Part shown: positions 30,605 to 38,339 of the stretch, piece after piece
Position numbering within the stretch: the first letter of the stretch is position 1
Layout of the letters: each line of letters starts with the position of its first letter
Assembly: GCA_963805945.1 (NCBI GenBank)
Contig: CAWDVP010000003.1
Coordinates: forward strand, 64,001 to 128,000
DNA from: Vulcanimicrobiota bacterium
GTDB taxonomy: Bacteria; Vulcanimicrobiota; Vulcanimicrobiia; Eremiobacterales; Eremiobacteraceae
Length of the DNA: 64,000 bases
Direction: 5' to 3'
Made by a program: the position numbers and the translations under genes
The notes under the pieces: model-generated
Databases searched by the model: none
The model's input: the letters and a program-made list of their open reading frames with translations, nothing else
What the model was told of the DNA's origin: nothing

Positions 30605-30663
30605 TGCTAGCACTGTCAGTGTGGCAAATTTTGCCCGACCGTGCGGATTATAGCACAGAATCC
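30605..30663. promoter_or_regulatory. divergent promoter region with short inverted repeats (candidate PaaX operator)
   Basis: CACTG-T-CAGTG, GGCAAA-T-TTTGCC and GGATT-N9-AATCC between paaX and the boxB-like gene. Confidence 0.3.
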
Positions 30664-30677
30664 AAGGGAAGCGAAGA

Positions 30678-31790
30678 ATGGCACGTATCAAGACCTTCGA
30701 GGATTGGGTGGAAGTCTTCAAGATCTGGCAAAAAGACCTCGACGTCGATCCGGCGCAGATCGACCGTATCCTCGGCGGCTACACGCTCGAGGCCAAGTAC
30801 GCCGAGCCGAGCAGCGACGAGATCGAGTTCGGCGAGTTCGCCGGCCAGCGGAAGTGGGAGAAGGTCTTGGAGATCCCAGACCAGCGCATGCGCGACGCCG
30901 TGCTCACCATGATCATCTATCAGGGAGACACCGAGTTCGCGTCCAACGAGCAGCAGCGCAAACTGCTGGCGACCGCGCCGTCGGAGTACGACTTGTATTC
31001 GATCGCGCGCGTGTTCATCGAGGAGACGCGCCACGGCTATCAGATGTGCCATCTGCTCGTCAACCATTTCGGCAACGACGGGCGCATCGAGGCCGAGAAG
31101 ATGCTCGAGCGGCGCGCCGACCAGGGCACGCGCCTACTCAACGCCTTCAACACCCCGGTCAAGCACTGGCTCGATCTCTTCGCCTACCAGAACTACATGG
31201 ATCGCGACGGCAAGTTCCAGCTGCAGATGCTCTCGCACTCCGGCTTCCGGCCGCTCTCGATGAGCATGGGGCCGATGCTGCGCGAGGAGTCGTTCCATCT
31301 GGGCACCGGGCTCACCGGGCTCAAGCGCGTCGCCAAGGCCGGCGTCGTGCCGGTGAAGATCCAGCAGAAGTACCACAACAAGTGGCTGTCCGGGTCGCTC
31401 GACCTGTTCGGCAACGATCACTCCTCGAGCGCGGTGTGGGCCTACATCTGGGGCATCAAGGGCCGGCCCGAGGAAGACAAAGAGACCGACGACGCGGACA
31501 AGGATCGCCTCAACGACTACGCGCGCCGCGCGTACTACGCGGAGTGCTCCAAACTCGTCGACCAGGTCAACGCGATCATCCCCGGCGAGGAGAAGCTGTA
31601 CGTGGCCGACATCCGCTTCAACCGCCACATCGGCGAATTCGCGGGCAAGCCGTATTCGGTGGACGGGCGCCTGCTCGACCGGGACCAATACGAAGACTAT
31701 CTCAAAGAAGTGCTGCCGAACGACGATGACGAAAAGGTGCTCGAGGAATTGTTCAAGCGCGAGGATTGGGTAGCCCCCAAAGCCGCCTGA
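30678..31790 (+). CDS. boxB: BoxB-like diiron aromatic-CoA epoxidase, short form
   Basis: QGDTEFASNEQQ, APSEYD, EETRH, DRDGKFQL and EESFH match BoxB diiron motifs as I recall them. Confidence 0.75.
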   Translation: MARIKTFEDWVEVFKIWQKDLDVDPAQIDRILGGYTLEAKYAEPSSDEIEFGEFAGQRKWEKVLEIPDQRMRDAVLTMIIYQGDTEFASNEQQRKLLATAPSEYDLYSIARVFIEETRHGYQMCHLLVNHFGNDGRIEAEKMLERRADQGTRLLNAFNTPVKHWLDLFAYQNYMDRDGKFQLQMLSHSGFRPLSMSMGPMLREESFHLGTGLTGLKRVAKAGVVPVKIQQKYHNKWLSGSLDLFGNDHSSSAVWAYIWGIKGRPEEDKETDDADKDRLNDYARRAYYAECSKLVDQVNAIIPGEEKLYVADIRFNRHIGEFAGKPYSVDGRLLDRDQYEDYLKEVLPNDDDEKVLEELFKREDWVAPKAA

Positions 31791-31791
31791 T

Positions 31792-31817
31792 GTAGGGGCC
31801 GATCTTCAGATCGGCCC
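31792..31817 (+). repeat. family A REP
   Basis: GTAGGGGCCGATCTTCAGATCGGCCC. Confidence 0.9.
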
Positions 31818-31831
31818 AAGAAGGAGACCCC

Positions 31832-32662
31832 ATGGCCACGACAATCGATACCGAGACGAAGGTGGACGGCAAGACGCTCGTCAGCTACCGTAAGGAAGGC
31901 GAGCATATCGCCGTCGTGACGCTGGACGATCCGCCGGCGAACACCTACACGCACGAGATGATGAAGCAGCTCGACGACGCGATCCTGCAGGCGCGCTTCG
32001 ACAACGACGTGCAGGTCATCGTGCTCACCGGCGCGGGCGAGAAGTTCTTCTGCGCAGGCGCGAACATCGCGATGCTGCAGAAAGTCGACCCGACGTTCAA
32101 GTACTATTTCTGCCTGCACGCCAACGAGACGCTGACGCGGCTCGAGCAGACGCCGAAGCTGGTGATCGCGGCGCTCAACGGGCACACCGTCGGCGGCGGC
32201 CTCGAGATCGCGATGGCGGCGGACATCCGGCTCGCGCGCAAGAACGCGGGCAAGATCGGCCTGCCCGAAGTGGCGCTGGGCGTCCTGCCGGGCACCGGCG
32301 GCACGCAGCGGCTCACGCGGCTGCTCGGCCGCGCGAAAGCGCTCGAACTCATGATCACGGGCCGCACGTTCTCGTTCGAAGAGGCGCAAGAGCTCGGACT
32401 CGTCACCGAACTGTATGAGGGCGACGGCGCGTCGTTCATGAAGGACGTCTTCACCTACGCCGCACAGTTCACCACGCCGAACAAAGCGGCCAAGGCGGTC
32501 GGCAACATCAAGCGGGCGGTCGTGTCGGGCGGCGAAGTGCCGTTCTCCGAGTCGCTCGCGATCGAGCGCGAACTGCAGCAGCTGCTGTTCCAGAGCGGCG
32601 ACGCGAAGGAAGGCCTCAACGCGTACGTCGAGAAGCGGATGGCCAAATTCAAGGCTACGTGA
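31832..32662 (+). CDS. enoyl-CoA hydratase/isomerase (candidate single-domain BoxC-like ring-opening enzyme)
   Basis: FFCAGANI, GGGLE, GLPEVALGVLPGTGGTQRL. Confidence 0.85.
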   Translation: MATTIDTETKVDGKTLVSYRKEGEHIAVVTLDDPPANTYTHEMMKQLDDAILQARFDNDVQVIVLTGAGEKFFCAGANIAMLQKVDPTFKYYFCLHANETLTRLEQTPKLVIAALNGHTVGGGLEIAMAADIRLARKNAGKIGLPEVALGVLPGTGGTQRLTRLLGRAKALELMITGRTFSFEEAQELGLVTELYEGDGASFMKDVFTYAAQFTTPNKAAKAVGNIKRAVVSGGEVPFSESLAIERELQQLLFQSGDAKEGLNAYVEKRMAKFKAT

Positions 32663-32682
32663 GAGCAAACGTCACCACGTCT

Positions 32683-32708
32683 GTAGGGGCCGACCTTTAG
32701 GTCGGCCC
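32683..32708 (+). repeat. family A REP
   Basis: GTAGGGGCCGACCTTTAGGTCGGCCC. Confidence 0.9.
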
Positions 32709-32725
32709 ACGTCTATGCGGGCAGC

Positions 32726-33646
32726 ATGAGATCACGATTGATGACCATGCGCGACGCGATCGCGCAGCACGTGCCGGACGGCTCCTCGGTCGCGCTCGGC
32801 CTCGCGCTCGAGGCGCTCATCCCGTTCGCCGCCGGCCACGAGCTGATCCGCCAACAGCGGCGCGATCTCACGCTCATCGGCCCGATCTCCGACATCCTGT
32901 TCGACCAGCTCATCGGCGCGGGCTGCGTCAAGACGGTGATTGCCGCCTGGGCGGGCAACGTCAGCGCGGGGCTCGGCTACAACTACCGCCGCGCCGCCGA
33001 GGACGGCGTACCGCACAAGATCCGCATCGAGGACAACTCGAATTTCACCATCGCACTCGGGTTGCTCGCCGGCGCGCTCGGCGCGCCGTTCATCCCCGCG
33101 CACACGCTGCTCGGCTCCGACATCCTCAAGACCAATCCCAATCTGCGTCCGGCGGCCTCGCCGCTCGACCAAGAACAGGTGCTGCTCGTGCCGGCCCTCG
33201 TCCCCGACGTGACCATCCTGCACGTGCAGCGCGCCGACGAGACGGGCGGCTGCCATTGCTGGGGCAATCTCGGCGTCAGCGAAGAGGGCGGTTTGGCCGG
33301 CAAGAAGGTCATCGTCGTCGCTGAGGAGATCGTCGCGTCGTCCGTGATCAAGAGCGATCCGAATCGCGTGCTCGTGCCTCCAGAGCGCGTGACGGCAGTC
33401 GTGCACGAGCCGGGCGGCGCCCACCCGTCGCCCGTGCAGGGCATGTACGGCCGCGACACCGAGTTCTACCACGAATACCACGTGCAGACGAAGACGGCCG
33501 AGGCGTTCGCGCAATGGCGGCGGCGCTGGGTGGACGGCATCGGCTCGCGCAACGTCTATCTCAAGCTGCTCGGCGGCGAGCGCTGGGGCGCGCTCCAGAT
33601 CAAACACCAGAAGCTGGCCGCGCCCGTGAACTACAGCGCCTCATGA
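32726..33646 (+). CDS. CoA-transferase alpha subunit (GctA/PcaI-like)
   Basis: PFAAGHELIRQ, PDVTILHVQRAD, GAHPSP. Confidence 0.88.
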   Translation: MRSRLMTMRDAIAQHVPDGSSVALGLALEALIPFAAGHELIRQQRRDLTLIGPISDILFDQLIGAGCVKTVIAAWAGNVSAGLGYNYRRAAEDGVPHKIRIEDNSNFTIALGLLAGALGAPFIPAHTLLGSDILKTNPNLRPAASPLDQEQVLLVPALVPDVTILHVQRADETGGCHCWGNLGVSEEGGLAGKKVIVVAEEIVASSVIKSDPNRVLVPPERVTAVVHEPGGAHPSPVQGMYGRDTEFYHEYHVQTKTAEAFAQWRRRWVDGIGSRNVYLKLLGGERWGALQIKHQKLAAPVNYSAS

Positions 33647-34407
33647 AGGCCGCCTACACGCCTTCGGAACTCATGGTGGTGGCCGCCGCGCGCGAGATCA
33701 AAGACGGCGAGGTGGTGTTCGTGGGCATGCGCCTGCCGCTCATCGCGTTCGCCGTGGCCAAACGGCTGCACGCGCCCGACGCGGTCGGCTTTTTCGAGAA
33801 CGGCGTCATCCGCGACACGCCGTCAGCCGAACTGCTCTACACAATGGGCGATCCGCCTAACATCGAGGGCGCGCTCATGTGCTGCCGCATGACGACGGTG
33901 ATGGGGCTCATGCAGAAGGGCGAGGTGGATCTCGGTTTCCTCGGCGGCGCGGAAGTGGATAAGTTCGGCAACCTCAACACCTCGTACATCGGCGATCCAT
34001 ACGCGCCCGAGGTGAAACTGCCTGGCAGCGGCGGCGCGGGCGACATCGCCTCGCTCGCCAAGCGCTTCGTCACCATCATCGAGCACAACCCGCGCAGGCT
34101 GGTGGAGCGCGTCGGTTACATCACCTCGCCCGGCAACGGCGACGGCGCGCACTGGCGCACGAGCGAGGGCCTGCCGCGCGGCGGGCCGGCGGCGATCATC
34201 ACCACGATGGGCGTGCTGCGCTTCGGCTTCGAGTCCGGAGAGGCGTATCTGGACACCATCCATCCGGGCATGGCGCTCGACGAGGTGAAGAAGAACACCG
34301 GCTGGCCGCTTCAGGTGACGCCGGTGCTCAGGACGACGGACGAACCGACGGACGAAGAGCTGCGCATCATCCGTGAGATCGACCCGCAGCGCTTCTGGAC
34401 CTCATAG
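33643..34407 (+). CDS. CoA-transferase beta subunit (GctB/PcaJ-like)
   Basis: VFVGM, FENG, GFLGGAEVDKFGNLN, LPGSGGA. Confidence 0.88.
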   Translation: MKAAYTPSELMVVAAAREIKDGEVVFVGMRLPLIAFAVAKRLHAPDAVGFFENGVIRDTPSAELLYTMGDPPNIEGALMCCRMTTVMGLMQKGEVDLGFLGGAEVDKFGNLNTSYIGDPYAPEVKLPGSGGAGDIASLAKRFVTIIEHNPRRLVERVGYITSPGNGDGAHWRTSEGLPRGGPAAIITTMGVLRFGFESGEAYLDTIHPGMALDEVKKNTGWPLQVTPVLRTTDEPTDEELRIIREIDPQRFWTS

Positions 34408-34426
34408 CTAGGTCGAGGCGAAAAGC

Positions 34427-34458
34427 AAAGAGGCGCGCCGTAGCCGGCGCGCCCTTTT
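34427..34458. terminator. bidirectional terminator
   Basis: AAAGAGGCGCGCCG-TAGC-CGGCGCGCCCTTTT between convergent genes. Confidence 0.75.
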
Positions 34459-34483
34459 GCGTGAGACTGTCGCGTATCGGGTT

Positions 34484-35422
34484 CTACGGTCCGAACGCGA
34501 TGCCGTAGGCGTTGGCCACGGTGAAGACGAGGGTCGCAGTGCTCGTGGCCGAGATGGGCGCCGGAATCTCGTAGACGCCGCCTGTGCTGGATACGGCCCA
34601 GAGGTTGCCTGCGGCATCGAAAGCCGTGCCTTGGACGTAGGTCGCCGCCGTCACGAGCAGACCGAATGCACGCGTGCCGGTGCCCGAGACGAACGGCTGG
34701 TTGAATACGTCGATCGTGCCGTCCACCGTGGCGTTCGCCACGAAGACGCGATTGCTCGCGTCCACCAGCAGCCCGTAGTTGTCCTGGTTCGGCAGGACGA
34801 CCGCCGTGGGCACGCTCGCCGCGCTGAACGGCGGCACGAACTTGAGCGTCGAGGTCGTGCTCGAGACGTAGAGGTTGCCCGACGAGTCGAAGCCCATGCC
34901 GTACGGATAGCCGAGACCGTTCACAACCGCGTTGGCGGTGATCTCGTAACTGTCGGTGGCGGCCGCGGTGACCGGTCCGTTGAAAACGTCGATGCAGCAC
35001 GTAGCGCTGTTGAGGACGCCGACGTAGATCGTGCCCGTCGAATCTTCGGTCACCGACTCTGTGTCGGTATGGGCCGTCGTCAGCGCGAACGCCGGCGTGC
35101 TCGCCGCCGAGATCGGCGGTGTGTACACATCCACGGTCGGCACTGAGTTGAGCGGTACGAAAAGCCGGCCGGCCTTATCGACGAAGATCTCTGCGGGATC
35201 GTTGAGACCCGAGATCGTGCCGGTCGGGGTGCTTGTTCCCGAAAGCGGTAGAGAATAGATCTGCACTCCGCCGGCCACGGCGAAGATCGACAGATACATG
35301 TGCTTGAACGAGGGCGTCGGCGTTGGGCCTGGGCTATTCGTGGTCGACGTATTGCAGCCCGCGCCCAGCGATACGATGGCCGCGCCGATAATGCACAGCC
35401 CGAATAATTGAAGACGCTTCAT
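34484..35422 (-). CDS. beta-propeller lipoprotein, paralogue 5 (divergent)
   Basis: lipobox-like GAGC, PTPTP linker, FDSSGNLYV/FVPPF blades, ends YGIAFGP. Confidence 0.78.
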   Translation of the reverse strand: MKRLQLFGLCIIGAAIVSLGAGCNTSTTNSPGPTPTPSFKHMYLSIFAVAGGVQIYSLPLSGTSTPTGTISGLNDPAEIFVDKAGRLFVPLNSVPTVDVYTPPISAASTPAFALTTAHTDTESVTEDSTGTIYVGVLNSATCCIDVFNGPVTAAATDSYEITANAVVNGLGYPYGMGFDSSGNLYVSSTTSTLKFVPPFSAASVPTAVVLPNQDNYGLLVDASNRVFVANATVDGTIDVFNQPFVSGTGTRAFGLLVTAATYVQGTAFDAAGNLWAVSSTGGVYEIPAPISATSTATLVFTVANAYGIAFGP

Positions 35423-35524
35423 CAAGAGAATATCTCCTCATCATATAGGGTGGTATGCACAGGAGGTTGCCGTCCCCGAAAGGGGTATCCTCCATTCCCA
35501 GGCCATTCTCATGAGAGGTGCCTC

Positions 35525-36712
35525 GTGAAGAGAATGTTCGCGTTTTTGTTCGCTTTCATCGCGCTGCAGACGCCAGCCCTCGCCTCAAGCGACGACGCGC
35601 GTCTTAGCGCATCGCTGCATAACGTGCTCGGCGACTACCTCGCCAGCAGAGAGAAGATCGAACACATCTCAGCGGCTTCATTGAGCGTGAGCTTCCGTGC
35701 TGATGCGAAGAACCTCGACGTCGCGGCCGGCACGACCAGTTACGCCGGCACGGTCCCGATCACGCCGGCGACGCTCTTCCAGATCGGCAGCAACACCAAA
35801 GCGTTCACCGCGGCGACGCTGCTTCAGTTGGAAGCCGAGGGCAAGCTCAGCATCGACGATACGGTCGGGCTGTGGCTGCCGCAATATCCGGCGTGGAAGG
35901 CGGTGACCATCCGGCACCTGCTCGACATGACGAGCCCGATCCCCACGTATGACAACACGCCCGCGATGCAGCGCGGAGAATCATCCATCCATCGCCGCTG
36001 GACCGCAGCGCAGCTTGTCGCGTTCGTGGATCCGGTCTACGGGCACGCGCCACCGCCGACGAAAGGCTGGTCATACTCCAACACCAACTACCTGCTCGCG
36101 CAGATGATCATCGAGCGCGCGACGGGCGCGAGCTATGCGAGCGAACTCAGCCGGCGTTTCTTCGGGCCGCTCGGTCTGACGAGCACGTACTACAGCCCCG
36201 ACACCTATCTGGCGTCCGTCACGGACCGCATGGCGTCAGGGTATTTCTGGAGCTCCGACCCCGACAACGCATCGCTGTCGCAACTCTATGGCCTCGACAT
36301 GCGGCTCGCCGACATGTCGTGGGCGCAAGGCGCCGGCGGCATCGTCTCGACGCCCGACGATCTCACGCATTGGGTGCGCGCGCTCTATCAAGGGGACGTG
36401 CTGGCCGCCGCGCAGCGCAAGGAGCTGCAGCGCGTCGTGTCCGACAGCGCGGGTCTGCCGATAGGCAGCGCCACGGCCAAACAGCCGAAGGGGTTCGGCC
36501 TCGGCGTCGGTCAGCTCTATAAGCCTGGCCTCGGCACGTTCTGGTACTATGAAGGCGAGACGATGGGATATCGCATGCTCTACGCATATTTTCCCATGAG
36601 CGACCTGGTCATAGCAGTAGGGCTCAACAGCCAGCCCAACGCCAAGGAAGATCACATCGGCGAGCTCATGTTCATGGTGTATGAGACATTACACAAGGCC
36701 GGACGTGTGTGA
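35525..36712 (+). CDS. secreted serine hydrolase, beta-lactamase/D-Ala-D-Ala carboxypeptidase family
   Basis: signal peptide, SNTK (SxxK), YSNTNY, GAGGIVS. Confidence 0.88.
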   Translation: MKRMFAFLFAFIALQTPALASSDDARLSASLHNVLGDYLASREKIEHISAASLSVSFRADAKNLDVAAGTTSYAGTVPITPATLFQIGSNTKAFTAATLLQLEAEGKLSIDDTVGLWLPQYPAWKAVTIRHLLDMTSPIPTYDNTPAMQRGESSIHRRWTAAQLVAFVDPVYGHAPPPTKGWSYSNTNYLLAQMIIERATGASYASELSRRFFGPLGLTSTYYSPDTYLASVTDRMASGYFWSSDPDNASLSQLYGLDMRLADMSWAQGAGGIVSTPDDLTHWVRALYQGDVLAAAQRKELQRVVSDSAGLPIGSATAKQPKGFGLGVGQLYKPGLGTFWYYEGETMGYRMLYAYFPMSDLVIAVGLNSQPNAKEDHIGELMFMVYETLHKAGRV

Positions 36713-36772
36713 CGGCTCTCCATGGGACCTTCCGGGGAGGGGAGGCCGCGGAAGGTGCATAAAGGGTCGGGC

Positions 36773-37621
36773 ATGATACGCAAAACAGGCGTCTTAGACG
36801 CGCTCAAACCCTTGTGCTACGGCCTCGCGCTCGTGGTCGCGCTGGCGTGCTCCGCGCAGTCCGCGCTCGCGCAGGACACCGATGCGACGCTCGCGCCGCT
36901 GACCGTCGCCGCGGCGCCGCCGCCCAGCACCAGCAAGGATTCATGGCAGTACACCGTCACGCCGTACATCTGGTTCACGGGTCTTGCCGGTTCCGCAAGC
37001 GTCGGCCCATTCGGAGCGAACTTCAACGTGCCGACCTCCACGATCCTGAGCCATCTCACCGGTGTCGCCCTGATCGAGGGCGAGGCGCATCACGATCGGC
37101 TCGGCGTGCTGGCCGACGTGTTCTACGCGAATCTCAAAGACACCAAGACGAGCCAGCTCGGGCTCATGCAGAACCCGGGCAGCGCCTCGTTCACCAACGC
37201 CATGCTCGTCGTCAATCCCGACGTCACGTACAAGATCATCGACCGCGACGACTACTCGGCTGAGATCCTTGCGGGGGTGCGCTATTGGGATGTGAGCGGC
37301 CGGCTGCAGTTCACGCCGAACACTCTTAACCTCGGCCCGTATACGGGCAACTCGACCTGGGTAGACCCGCTCATCGGCGCGCGCATCAAGGTGCCGTTCG
37401 GCGACAAATGGGGAGCGTACTACTGGGGCGATATCGCCGTCGGCGGCGGTTCGGCCCGCGACTGGCAGACCATCGGCGCCGCGACCTATAAGGGCAGCGT
37501 CGCGACGACGTATAGCCTCGGCTATCGGTACCTGTACGATCTCAAGACAAACGGCGGCAACGTCGCGGTCAACATGAGCATCAAGGGCCCGTTCGTCGGG
37601 TTCACCTTCAAACTGAAGTAA
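36773..37621 (+). CDS. putative outer-membrane beta-barrel protein
   Basis: signal peptide, WQYTVTPYIW, WVDPLIGAR, LGYRYL, terminal GPFVGFTF amphipathic strand. Confidence 0.7.
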   Translation: MIRKTGVLDALKPLCYGLALVVALACSAQSALAQDTDATLAPLTVAAAPPPSTSKDSWQYTVTPYIWFTGLAGSASVGPFGANFNVPTSTILSHLTGVALIEGEAHHDRLGVLADVFYANLKDTKTSQLGLMQNPGSASFTNAMLVVNPDVTYKIIDRDDYSAEILAGVRYWDVSGRLQFTPNTLNLGPYTGNSTWVDPLIGARIKVPFGDKWGAYYWGDIAVGGGSARDWQTIGAATYKGSVATTYSLGYRYLYDLKTNGGNVAVNMSIKGPFVGFTFKLK

Positions 37622-37629
37622 GCCACCGA

Positions 37630-37653
37630 CGGTCGAATACATTCGACCGCTCC
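37630..37653 (-). repeat. family B REP-like hairpin
   Basis: GGAGCGGTCGAATGTATTCGACCG between convergent genes. Confidence 0.78.
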
Positions 37654-37675
37654 ATACGATACGAAACGATACGAG

Positions 37676-38317
37676 TCAAGACGCCGCGTGTGAGAACAGC
37701 GGCGTCTTCGCTAATCCGTTGATGATGAACTGGATGGCCAGCGCGGACAAGATGATGCCGAGCAGGCGGGTGAGCACGCCGACGCCGGTCTTGCCGATCC
37801 AGCGCAGCACGAACGCGGAACCGCGCATGCACAGCCAGGTCGCGAACAGCGCCAGCGCGTAGGCCGCGTAGACGATGGTGAGCTTCACCTTGTCGCCGTG
37901 GCTCAGGCTCACCAGGAGCAGCACGGTCGCGATCGTGCCCGGGCCGGCGATCATCGGGATCGCCAGCGGGAAGATCGCCGCGTTCTCGCGCTCGATCGCC
38001 TCTCGCTCCTCTTCCGGTTTGGCGCGCGCGCCCGAGGGCCTCGCGAAGAGCATGTCGATCGAGATGAGCAGCAACAGCAGGCCGCCCGCGATCTCGAACG
38101 CCGGCAGGGTGATGTTCAGGTAGATGAGCACGTAGTGTCCGAGCAGCGCCATGAACAAGATCACCGCTGCGGCGATGATCACCGCGCGGTCGATCATGCG
38201 CCTGCGGGCGTCGGGCGGCGCGGATGCGGTCACCGCGAGCGACAGCGGCACCATGCCGACCGGATCGATGATCGTCAGCGCGGTCGCGAACGCGGTGATG
38301 GCGAAGTTGAGTTCCAC
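37676..38317 (-). CDS. MarC family membrane protein
   Basis: IIDPVG, AFEIAGGLLL, PLAIPMIAGPG, RLLGIIL. Confidence 0.9.
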   Translation of the reverse strand: MELNFAITAFATALTIIDPVGMVPLSLAVTASAPPDARRRMIDRAVIIAAAVILFMALLGHYVLIYLNITLPAFEIAGGLLLLLISIDMLFARPSGARAKPEEEREAIERENAAIFPLAIPMIAGPGTIATVLLLVSLSHGDKVKLTIVYAAYALALFATWLCMRGSAFVLRWIGKTGVGVLTRLLGIILSALAIQFIINGLAKTPLFSHAAS

Positions 38318-38339
38318 GAGCCGCTACTTCGCGGCGGGG

